A stretch of 64,000 nucleotides of DNA, taken from Centroscyllium fabricii (taxonomy: Eukaryota). The notes under the pieces were generated by a model that was not told where the DNA came from, did no database searches, and worked only from the letters and a program-made list of their open reading frames with translations. The translations under genes were made by a program, and so were the position numbers. Where the stretch lies: assembly GCA_051313645.2 (NCBI GenBank), contig JBNRSN020000019.1:58528001-58592000 (forward strand), written 5' to 3'. Below, one piece after another: positions 1 through 11,008 of the stretch. Each line of letters opens with the position of its first letter. Position 1 is the stretch's first letter.

Positions 1-262
1 TCGGCCATGTGATCTCCTGGACCAGTTTTCGATCGCCTAGATGGGTCGGAGAGGAATTTCCCAGATTTTTTCTCCCAAATTGGCTACTGGGTTTTTTATC
101 TGGTTTTTCGCCTCTTCCAGGTGATCACATGGGTTTGGGCTGGGTGGAGAGTTAAAATAAAATTGAGGTTAGGATCAGATCAGCCATGATCTTGTTGAAT
201 GGCGGAACAGGCTCAAGGGGCCGATTGGCCTACTCCTGCTCCTATTTCTTATGTTCTTATGT
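1..262 (+). mobile_element. 3' end of a CR1-type LINE (structured 3'UTR plus microsatellite tail), inserted into the Tx1-like LINE
   Basis: Ends in GAATGGCGGAACAGGCTCAAGGGGCCGATTGGCCTACTCCTGCTCCTATTTCTTATGTTCTTATGTT, the same tail type as the other CR1 copies here; a closely similar inverted copy lies at ~32176-32435. Confidence 0.75.
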
Positions 263-269
263 TTAGCAC

Positions 270-1228
270 CCGGAACTTAGTCTCAGCTCCCTTATCCCCT
301 CCATCAACTGCTTTACAGACATCCGTAAACCTTTTGTTTATATTCTCTTCTCGACACCGGTTAGCTACCGCTCTCGATTTCCCATAATGTACCGAGCATT
401 CTTTATTATTTTTAAAATCCCTTCTTTAAAAGCAATTTCTTTCAGGTATTGATTGTTTAAAATCCACACCCCTGAAACAATCTGAACTCTGCTGTTCCTA
501 ATTATAAGAACCAAAGCCAACTGGTCACTAAAAAATACTTTTTTATAATAAATCTCCATCACCTCAGAACTTAACCCTTCCCACATTTAACACAAAATCT
601 ATTCGACTCTGTTTTAAAACATCACCCACCCAACCTGTTCTGGAGAACTCCCTTTTTATGGAGTTTTGGTCCCTCCGTAAGTCTCTCAAATTTAAATTTG
701 CCATCATTTTTACCATCAGCCCTCTGGAGTTATCATCCTTAAAGGTCATCTGGCCTGAAATGTCCATCCAAGATAAAAAATACATTAAAATCCCCCACTA
801 TACAAGGATTTTCCACCTCTGCCACTTCAGTGAATAACCCCTGAAAAACTCACGACACTTGCAATGGTCATTCGGTGCATAGATATTAAAGAGATCGCAA
901 TTAAATTCCTCCATTTTTATTCTTACCGTAAAAATCTCCCCTCAGTGTCCTTGTCCACCAAGGCAACATTCTCTTTTATGGACAGACTCGCCAAAACAGC
1001 CACCCCTCTACGGTTATTGTTTGCAAAACTTGCAAACACCTCTCCCTTCTGAACTCTTTCTAGGATATCCTCATCCCAAAAGGTTTCTTGCAGACACAAG
1101 TCCGTGCCTTTTAAACTCTGCAACAACTGCTGCAATTTCTTCTCACCCCTCAGCCCATTCACATTAATCGAGACCAATGTAATCATGGCTCCAAAGAAGG
1201 GAAGTATGCCTGATAATCTCCCCATCAT
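270..1228 (-). pseudogene. Tx1-like ORF2 N-terminal apurinic endonuclease domain, frameshifted
   Basis: ORFs 923..1228, 564..785 and 365..586 give consecutive APE motifs in different frames. Confidence 0.8.
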
Positions 1229-1429
1229 TTAATCTCTGGCCCTCCCCTCCTCTCATGCTCTTTCCCAACTGTTCGGCCAGCTGTTGCTTTTTCCTGCAGT
1301 CTCCGACTCCTTTTCACCTCCTATTTGAACATTCCCTGCTGTTTCAGCCTCTTCCTTGCATTAAGTTTGGGCCAAGGAGCTGTACTTTCTCGCTCCTTCT
1401 GCCCCTTACTAACCTTTCCCTTTCCACAT

Positions 1430-4400
1430 TGTGGTAACCATATGTATGTATACATTACCACCGTAATATTGGTGCCAATATTACCAGTGTACATAGCGGT
1501 CGGGTGCATAAGATGTTGCGACACTGTCGTGGGGCCAGGTCAGCCACACCTCTAACTCCTCCCCCAGGTGAGGCCCTTTATAGGTGAGGACTGACCGGAC
1601 CCCAGCCATTCTGTACCTGTTGTTCGTTTGGAGTATAGCTCCTATGTAAGTCAATAAAAGCCTGTAGTTAAGGTCACTACTCGTCTTTGACTTTATTGAG
1701 TTAATTGACGATACGTCAATTTTATTGACTTAAAAATTCGAAATGGAGAGCGGCGCGGTAAAACCAGAGAAGCTGGACATCAGTCCACAGGACCCAGCAG
1801 CCGCCACTACCTTCGAACACTGGTTCGGTCTCCTGGAGGCCTACATGGACGCCGCCAAGGCTACAACCGAAGGGAACAAGCTACAGGTTCTCCGGTCCAG
1901 GATCTCCAGCCGAGTATTCTCCCTCATCCGGGACGCCAAAACGTACCCAGTGACGGTGGAGAAACTGCGAAAATGCTACGAGCGCCCGGTCCACATGGTC
2001 TACGCCAGACATGTGCTCACGACCAGACCACAACTACCGGGTGAGTCGAATGAACAGTTCGAGCAGGCGCTCCAAGCCCTGGTACGGGTCTGTGGCTGCC
2101 AACCACGGACAGCAGAGGAGGAGGCGAATCTCCTCGTCCGAGATGCCTATGTAACAGGCCTAAGGTGCGTAGAGGCCCGCCAGCGGCTGCTAGAGAAAGA
2201 CTCCCTAACCCTAGAGGAGGCGATCTCCATCTCGAACTCGGTGGAAGGTGCACGCAACAAGCTGCAGGCGTACAGCGGCACAAACTCGCAGGTCTACGAC
2301 GAGTGGGCAGCACCACAACGGGTCCAGGCCTGGGCAGCACCACAACGGGCCGAGACCCCCACGATGGCAGCGACAGCCGCAAAGACGCAGGCGGACAAAA
2401 AGTGCTACTTCTGCGGCCAGGGATTACATCCACGGGCGAGATGCCCAGCGAAGACCGCGACCTGCGAGAGGTGCTCCAAGAAGGGACACTATGCAAAGGC
2501 CTGCAGATCAGCCCCGGCGCCCAACTCCAGGTACAACAGCGCAGTCTGCGAAAGCTCCACCAGGCCTCAGGTAAGCTGCAATTGGAGCGCGATCCAGCGA
2601 CGGTCCGGGGGTAGAGAAAAAGCACCCCCATCTCCCACCCTGATGCGGCAAAGGCCGGCTGCACCCACGGCACGCAAAGCTCAGCTACGGCCGGCCAGGC
2701 GCGACCCCCCAACGCCGGCATCATGCCCAGTGCGGCCCGCTGCGTGCGAATCACGGGCACCGCCAACCCAACCACCGCGGCTCGCTGCGTGCGAACCATG
2801 GGCACCGCCAACCCAGCCACCGCGGCCCGCTGCGTGCGAACCACGGGCGCCGCCAACGCGCTCACAGTGGTCAGCCGCGTGCGAACCACGGGCGCCGCCA
2901 TCTTGCCTCCAACGGCCCGCCATGTGCGACCCCTCGGCGCCGCCATCTTGTCTCCAGCGGCCCGCCATGTGCGACCACCCGGCGCCGCCATCTTGTCTCC
3001 AGCGGCCCGCCATGTGCAAACCACGGGCGCCACCATCTTGTGTTCAGCCACAACCAGCAGGGGGCCCCCACACACAAACACACACTTTGGCCTCAGCCAT
3101 CCCAAAAGTCGACCAGGCTAGGCCGCACACCCTATCGAACTCGATTATGCCGATTAAAGTCAACGGCCATACTACCAATTGCCTGTTCGACACCGGAAGC
3201 ACAGAGAGCTTCATCCACCCTGATACAGCGCGGCGCTATGGACTGCAGATCCTGCCCACGAGCTACCAAGTCTCCCTTGCTTCACAGTCCCACACCGCGG
3301 ACATCACCGGCTACTGCTCCGTCACGCTCACAGTCAAGGGTTGCGTGTACCGCAACTTTAAGTTGTACATCCTCAAGCAACTGTGCGCCCCAACCTTACT
3401 GGGACTGGATTTCCAGTGCCACCTTAAGAGCGTGACAATGGAGTTCGGCGGGACCCTGCCCCACCTCACCGTCAGTAGCCGGGACAGTCCCTTCCCAAAG
3501 CGGAGCCCGGCCTGCGGCCTCTCCACCCTGAAAATCGACCCCCCCTCACTGTTCGCCAATCTCGACCCCAACTGCAAACCTATTGCTACCAAGAGTCAGC
3601 GGTACAGTGTGGGGGATCGGACATTTACCAGGTCGGAGGTCGGGCGTATGCTGAAGGAGGGGATAATTGAAGCCAGCACCAGCCCCTGGCAGGCCCAGGT
3701 TGTAGTGGTGAAGACTGGCGAGAAACAGCGGCTAGTTATCGATTACAGCCAGACTATTAACCGCTACACCGGGCTCGATGCCTACCCCCTCCCCCGCATC
3801 TCGGACATGGTCAACCAGATCACCCAATACAAGGTGTTCTCCACAATTGACCTTAAGTTGGCGTATCACCAACTCCCAATCCGGAAAGCCGACCGCCCAT
3901 ACACCGCCTTCGAGGCGAACGGTCGGCTCTACCACTTCCTCCGGGTCCCCTTCGGCGTGACCAACGGAGTGTCAGTGTTCCAACGGGAGATGGACCCCAT
4001 GGTTGACCAGAACGGGTTGCAGGCCACCTTCCCCTACCTGGACAATGTGACTATCTGTGGCCATGACCAGCAGGACCACGATGCCAATCTGGCCAAATTC
4101 CTTGACACGGCGAAACGGCTGGATCAAACGTATAACAAGGACAAATGTGTCTTTAATACAGATCGGCTCGCCATCCTCGGATACGTGGTGGAGAATGGGG
4201 TCCTCGGCCCCGACCCACAGCGTATGCGCCCATTGCAGGAACTGCCCCTTCCTTACAACCCCAAAGCTTTGAGGAGATGCCTAGGAATTTTCTCCTATTA
4301 CGCACAATGAGTCCCACAGTTCGCGGACAAGGCTAGACCACTCCTCAAGGCTGCCGCCTTCCCCCTCTCGGTAGAAGCCCAAACGGCATTCGCCCGGATA

Positions 4401-6325
4401 AAGGAAGACATCATCAAGGCGACCATGCACGCCGTTGATGAATCCATCCCTTTCCAGGTGGAGAGTGACGCTTTGGACTTTGCCCTTGCCGCCACCCTGA
4501 ATCAGGCAGGCAGGCCCGTAGCGTTTTTCTCCCGCACCTTACAGGGACCCGAAATTCGCCACTCTGCAGTGGAAAAGGAGGCCCAATCCATCGTGGAGGC
4601 CATGCGCTATTGGCATCATTACCTGGCCGGTAAGCGTTTTACCCTACTCACCGACCAGCGGTCGGTTGCGTTTATGTTTAATAATAAACAAAAGGGTAAG
4701 ATCAAGAATGATAAGATCCTGCGGTGGCGGATCGAGCTCTCGACTTACGAGTACGACATTCTTTACCGACCAGGCAAACTCAATGAACCCCCGGACGCAC
4801 TGTCCAGGGGAACGTGCGCCAGTGCCCAGCTAGACCGGCTGAAGGACCTCCACGATCGCCTCTGTCACCCGGGTGTCACCAGACTCGCCCACTTCATTAG
4901 ATCTCGTAGCCTCCCCTACTCCATCACAGAGATCAAGGCTATGACCCGAGAGTGCCCTGTTTGCGCCGAGTGCAAACCCCAATTTTTCAGGCCAGACACG
5001 GCGCACCTCATTAAGGCCACCCGCCACTTTGAACGTCTAAGCGTGGACATCAAAGGCCCCCTCCCCTCCACCGACCGCAACTCGTACTTCCTCACGGTCA
5101 TAGACGAGTTCTCCCGCTTCCCCTTCGCCTTCCCCTGCCCAGATATGATGAGCGCAACAGTGATAAGGCACTTCACCACGCTGTTCGCCATTTTCGGTCT
5201 CCCCAGCTACATTCATAGCGACCGGGGGTCATCGTTCATGAGCGATGAACTGCGCCAGTTTCTGCTCCAGAAAGGGGTTGCCTCGAGCAGAACGAACAGT
5301 TACAACCCCCAGGGGAACGGCCAGGTAGAAAGGGAGAATGGGATCATCTGGAAGGCGGTCACCCTGGCCCTGAAGTCCAGAGGCCTTCCAGTGTCCCATT
5401 GGCAGGCAGTCCTCCCCGACACGCTGCACTCGATACGCTCTCTGCTGTGTACGGCCACCAACGCCACCCCTCATGATTTATTGTTTTCCTTTCCCAGGAA
5501 GTCGACTTCGGGGACAGCTCTTCCACCGTGGCTCACGACGCCGGGGCCGGTTTTCCTTAGGAAACACGTCCGCGGCCACATGACCGACCCCCTGGTGGAC
5601 AAGGTGCAGCTCCTGCACGCCAACCCACAGTACGCCTACGTGCAGTTCCCGGACGGGCGTGAGGACACCGTCTCCATCAGGGACCTAGCGCCCACCGGGA
5701 GCACCACAACAGAGACACTGGTCGGGCAGCAGCCCGCCCAGCCACGATATTTCGACCACCCCCTGCACCTACAGTGGCCACCAAGGTATCCAGAGCCCCC
5801 GCCGTGGCCAGCCCAAGACCACCATTCGGATGGCTCGGACCAACCACCACCACCAGCATCTGAAGTTTCGGCACCAGCGCCGCTGTCACCACCACCGGAC
5901 CCAAGCGGGACGGATCACACAGAACTTCTGCCAGAGCCCCGGTGGTCCTCCAGACAGACGCGGCCGCCGGACAAGTTAATAATGAACTGCTCTGTCCATT
6001 CACCCCGCCGGACTTAAATTTTCAAGAAGGGGTGAATGTGGTAACCATATGTATGTATAAATTACCACCGTAATATTGGTGCCAATATTACCAGTGTACA
6101 TAGCGGTCGGGTGCATAAGATGTTGCGACACTGTCGTGGGGCCAGGTCAGCCACACCTCTAACTCCTCCCCCAGGTGAGGCCCTTTATAGGTGAAGACTG
6201 ACCGAACCCCAGCCATTCTGTACCTGTTGTTCGTTCGGAGTATAGCTCCTATGTAAGTCAATAAAAGCCTGTAGTTAAGGTCACTACTCGTCTTTGACTT
6301 TATTGAGTTAATTGACGATACGTCA
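1430..6325 (+). mobile_element. Gypsy LTR retrotransposon A, full length, 289-bp LTRs (1430-1718, 6037-6325)
   Basis: TG...CA LTRs with ~4 differences seen; TSD CACAT (1425-1429, 6326-6330); PPT AAGAAGGGGTGAA before the 3' LTR; no TGG-type PBS. Confidence 0.95.
1743..6017 (+). pseudogene. Gag-PR-RT-RNaseH-IN polyprotein of element A, broken by one in-frame TGA at 4308-4310
   Basis: Two CCHC knuckles, LFDTGS protease, YLDN RT motif, RNase H (VESDA...EKEA), HHCC and DDE integrase; ORFs 1743..4310 and 4425..6017 share a frame. Confidence 0.92.
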
Positions 6326-6330
6326 CACAT

Positions 6331-7720
6331 GATGTCACCCCACCCCCCACTTCCATGTCTCTGTCGCCCTCTAATTCCTCACTCTCAAACTCTTCCGTAA
6401 CCCTCTGTGCCTGCTCCCCATCAGACACATAATCCTGCTCCCCGTCAGCTACATCTTCTCCCATAGAGAGTCTTCCTGCTATCGCGGTTTCTCCAACAGT
6501 GTCGCTCTCTTCAACCTCATCTCCACCTCTGACCCTTGCTCTCTGATCCTTCTCTCTCTGGGACAATGGCGCACCAATATTGCTCCCTTCTAGGTTCTTT
6601 GTCTCGCCGCTCCTGTCTTTCTGCCCCTTTAAGACTCCTGCCTCTTGCACCCTCTCCTTGTCTTACCCCCTCCTGCTCACGGAGATGTCTGACTCCCCGT
6701 CTTTCTTTGGAGTACTTACATTTACCACACACCCCGCTCCCGCCTTCTCTCCCCCCACGGACACCAGATTCTTTAGGGAGAGCTGAACCATATTAAGGCT
6801 TGAGTCTGCACTTGACCCTTGCTGCCCGCTGCTGTCTTTGTTCTTTTCTACTGTATTTGGTGTGTTTTCCACCATCTCCATCCTGTTCTCTGCTCCGCAA
6901 TTTTCTGCCTCTTCCTGTGCTCTTTTCTCCTTCAATTTACCAGCTATGTCCTCCGATTGCTCCACTCCTCCGGCCATTCCACTCACACCTCCTGCTCCTT
7001 CTCCTCGTCACTCATAGAGCTTCCTTTTGCCTCACACTCACAGCAGTTGGGGCCTTTGTGCCACACCCCACAGCTCTCCGCCTTGCAGCTCCGAGCGATG
7101 TGTCCAGACTCGCCACAATTATAACAATACAAGTCTGGACAGTTTCTTACAAGATGGTTGTGTCTAAGACAGTAATAACAAACCTTCACTTGGTTATCAT
7201 GCAGTACTCGGAAGTACTGCACTCCTTCCATTGTCTCGAATTTCATGCTGTACGGTAATGACTTCACCCCTCTGGGAACTGCACCTTTACATAACGGGTT
7301 CCATCTGCTGCCCGTGTTCCTGGATAGTATCTCCTCTTTATTGCTGAGCAAATTTAAATGTCCCATGACTCCAATGTTTTGATTAGCTCATCGTCCTCAA
7401 TGTAAACTGGCATGTTTAAGAACGAGACCACCAACTCTTCTGAATATAGCAGAGATACCTCCAAGAACTTATCGCCAACTTTCAAACTGAGTAAAAGTCT
7501 TTCTGCCTCCTCTCGGCCACTGACCGTCACCTCAAACCCAACATTCGGCTTTGGTTGGCAGGCAAAGCAGCTTCCCTCACCACAGTCCTCATGTACCACT
7601 TGGATAATATCCCAAGCTTATATCTCCTTATCCCCGCACTGAACCACCACCGTGTTTTTGTTTCCAAACCTTCTGCGGTCCTGGCCCAAATCTTTGGGCC
7701 TTTTTCTTTCCCTTCCAACC
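6331..7720 (-). pseudogene. Tx1-like ORF1 (gag-like, RRM-like region plus zinc knuckles), frameshifted
   Basis: ORFs 7354..7599 (VSFLNMPVYIEDDEL), 6983..7366 (zinc knuckles), 6663..6986 and 6300..6650. Confidence 0.8.
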
Positions 7721-7918
7721 ATAGTTTCTCCCCTAATTAAATTCATCCTGGAAACACTGTCCTCTGAGGGGCTCAGCACTCCGGACCCTGTTGTTTATGG
7801 GCAAAAAGACCCTAAAACCTGAAAAAAAACACCACCAACTTTTTACAAATTCACTCCAATTTCCCTGCAGCAATCAGGCAACCAGTAACACCTGCTCACT
7901 CCTAGCCCCTCCCACCTA

Positions 7919-7950
7919 GAGAGTGCGACCCACTGAGCCACTGCTGACAC
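7919..7950 (-). mobile_element. Truncated tRNA-derived SINE head (A box) abutting the Tx1 5' end
   Basis: Minus strand GTGTCAGCAGTGGCTCAGTGGGTCGCACTCTC with A box TGGCTCAGTGG. Confidence 0.55.
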
Positions 7951-8555
7951 ACACAACTGAACTACCTGAGGACGACTAACACCTGAGAATTATCATCCCA
8001 GCCTTCAGGAGTGGGAAGGAGAAAAGTGCAAGAGCGATAAAGAATATGCTTCTTCAAAAATTGGACTTGAGTTTCCACTTGTTTCCGCTAGTAATATCAG
8101 CACAATCCAGGCAGAATCAGCCAAACCTGCGCAAAATATCAGGTAATTTTAAACATGTGAGGTTTGCCCAAAGCTACTTACGTTCGTGATTTCCACCATC
8201 TTTTACGTAGGTTTAAGATTGAAATTGCCGGCTCAGGTCCCACCCACAAAAAAAGCCACACCCTCAGGTCAACATTGCCGATTGTGATGGTTCGGAAAAG
8301 CTCTTCAAATTGTGCTCATTTTCTAAGGCATGTTTTAAAAGGTTTTTCTTATCAAAAAATATTTAATTTACTAAGAAACTGATTAGTGTGCAGAAATGAA
8401 AATAGTAAATGGTTCAATGTTGTTTTTTATTATATTTTCAGTGACTTTATATCAGGTTACTCATAGGTGGAGGACTGAACATTTATTAAAAATGTATAGT
8501 TTGCTGATAAACCCATTTTCAGCTGTATTAATAAAACTGCACCAGGTTACCACAT

Positions 8556-8998
8556 TTAGAAACATAGAAACATAGAAGATAGGAGCAGAAGTAGGCCATT
8601 CAGCCCTTCGAGCCTGCTCTGCCATTCATGGAAACATAGAAACATAGAAACTAGGAGCAGGAGTAGGCCATTCGGCCCTTCGAGCCTGCTCCGCCATTCA
8701 ATGAGATCATGGCTGATCATCCAAACCCAGCACCCCGCCCCTGCCCTCTCCCCATATCCCTATCCCCGTAACCCCACATATTCAATCCCCCTAACATTAA
8801 GGGTCAATTTATCCTGGCCAATCAACCTAACCCGCACATCTTTGGACTGTGGGAGGAAAACGGAGCACCCGGAGGAAACCCACGCAGACACGGGGAGAAT
8901 GTAAAAACTCCACACAGATAGTACCTGAGGCTGGATTTGAACCCGGGTCTCCAGTGCTGTAAGGCAACAGTGCTAACCACTATGCTACCGTGCCGCCC
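8556..8998 (-). mobile_element. V-SINE (HE1-like) with tRNA head, V domain and duplicated CR1 tail
   Basis: Minus strand GGCGGCACGGTAGCATAGTGGTTAGC...GGGTTCAAATCC, V-domain GTGTCTGCGTGGGTTTCCTCCGGGTGCTCCG, tail (TTTCTATG)n. Confidence 0.85.
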
Positions 8999-9067
8999 GT
9001 GGTGGTAAAAACGACATTTCAATGGAAAGAAAATTGTGTTCTATTACGATGCCCGATTGCACTCCAT

Positions 9068-9790
9068 GGTCCAGAAATTCCGTTTGCAGCCCTCCTGCAG
9101 GTGGAGGGCTGTGATTTAGAAAAATCTCCGCCTGGTCCGGAGGGCTCCCGCAAGGCGCAAAGATCTGTTGCTGTGCCTCTTCAAACTGCCGGTGTGCAGG
9201 GCACGCGTATCCCAGGGGCGCAGGTAGTTTGCAGCGTCCCTGGGATCACGTGGGCCAATCAAATCAGGGAATCTCCATTCATCGATTTGACAGGAAGACC
9301 TGCCAAATCTATGATTAGAGATCACCCTCAAAACATAAATAAAACTTCAAATAATTTTTTTTTTAAATCACATTCTTAAAATGACTATAAATTACATAAA
9401 TTAACTATTTTAAACAAAAATTGAAATTTTTGAAAAAGATAATTAAAGTTTTTAACAGGGCTAAAAATAAAGTTACCTTTCTTTAAAGTATTTTAAAGTG
9501 ATAAATCAGTGGAAACGTTTTTTTTACTTTCTTCAACTCTTAGCTTGCTTTTACCAGGTGCAAGAATTGGAAATGTTTTCTGCAGGCGTAGGGTCTCCAA
9601 AAAATGGAAATATCCACCCGCAGAGGCCCTGCTCCAGCACAGCTGGAGGATCTGTCAGGAGCTTTCTTGACAGATCGGAAATGCTGGTTTCCAGCGCATG
9701 TGCAGTGCATGCCTGAAAGCAGCATTTCTGTTGGCCCTACGGGTGAGTACACAGCGCGTACACTCCCGTAGGGACCGGAATTTCTGCCTC
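9068..9790. mobile_element. Non-autonomous DNA transposon (Harbinger-type MITE), diverged
   Basis: Terminal inverted repeats CAGAAATTCCG / CGGAATTTCTG around an AT-rich core. Confidence 0.55.
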
Positions 9791-10233
9791 ATGATCTGTC
9801 TTGGGGCATTGTAGAGCAGCGCCATCGAGTGGCGACACTGTGATAGTACACCAATGCTGCTGACCAAAGCCTTTGGCCCAGTTCCCTGTCAAGCTATGGT
9901 TACAGTATTTGTTTATTAGTCCAAGAAAACAACTGTGAAGTAGAAAACAAAACAAAGAAATACTTTAAAACAGTAGGGGATGGGGAGAAACAGAAAAGGA
10001 AAAAGTGAACAGGACAAAAAGAATGAATCAGAAGCAGATAAAAAGATAAAAATAAAAATGGTTGGTAAAGGAAAAGATGTAGCTGAACTGCACAGACTGG
10101 AAGACCATGGACTTGATTCTCAATCATCTACATTGGCTTATCGAACATTGGAAAAGGTAAGAGATGATAAACCAACATGTGTGATGTACAGACAGGCATA
10201 ATGGAAAACATTCAAGTAAAGAGAGGAGCCTAA

Positions 10234-11008
10234 TGGCCCTGTCACACCTTGACGTTTTAGCCAGCGTATGCAAATTTGGCTAAAACGCTGAACTATCGAT
10301 GTTTTTTTCAGTTTTGGGCGTATAATAGCGTATTCATAACGAGTTGGACGTATGCATAACGTATTAGTAACGTACACAGAACGTATCGATAATTTACAGA
10401 TAACTTATACCAACGAATGCTTAGCGTGTTGTCGGCGTTCACAACTTATGCCCAACGATAGTCTAACGTATGCATAGCGCGCGGCAGCGTATCGCCGACG
10501 TTTTAGATAAATTTTGATATGTCGGCATACGCTAGCTAAATCGTCAAGGTGTGACAGGGCATGACAGGGGCATAAGTTCTGTGGTCGTCCGGAAGACGTC
10601 AAATACGTCAATATGCGTTGGAGATACGTTACACATAGGTTCAAAGCACGTTACTCATAGGTTAGAAATAAGTTCCGGGTACGCTAGACATTATCTCGAC
10701 GTATTTTGACTTATGACTAACTTACAAGTAACGTGTGTCGACGTGTGTCAACGATCGCCTAACGTGCCTACAACGTATGGCCAGCGTATGCGGAACGTGT
10801 GAATCATACGCAAGATACGTCGAGAAATTTTGTGCATGCTCAAAATTTCTCGACTTACTCGGAGTACAATGACGTATGCAACTTATGGCCAGCGTATGCC
10901 AGCGTGCTCTTAACGTATACAAAACGTACCCATAATGTATCCGACGTAACCCAGCGTTTTCGCCAAATTTGCATACGCTGGCTAAAACGTCAAGGTGTGA
11001 CAGGGCCT
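10234..11008. mobile_element. PIF/Harbinger MITE, young and CpG-rich
   Basis: ~45-bp TIR GGCCCTGTCACACCTTGACGTTTTAGCCAGCGTATGCAAATTTGGC; TAA TSD (10231-10233, 11009-11011); extra internal TIR-like copy near 10545-10570. Confidence 0.88.

Larger units (their letters stand above)
263..7918 (-). mobile_element. Tx1/L1-clade non-LTR retrotransposon (5' part, decayed), interrupted by a Gypsy element at 1430-6325
   Basis: Minus-strand ORF1 fragments with tandem CCHC knuckles (CYYCLRHNHLVRNC, CYNCGESGHIARSC) and ORF2 APE motifs (VSINVNGL, LCLQET, RRGVAVL, SRIDF). Confidence 0.85.

Noticed and set aside
2017-3121. Multiple overlapping ORFs over gag of A (likewise 55150-56075 in F and 41201-44300 in D)
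   Set aside because: Stop-poor GC-rich or tandem-repeat sequence gives shadow ORFs
9960-10230. Purine-rich Lys/Glu-coding stretch continuing at 11012-11180, possibly a host exon
   Set aside because: Contains stops, is split by a MITE, and encodes no recognisable protein
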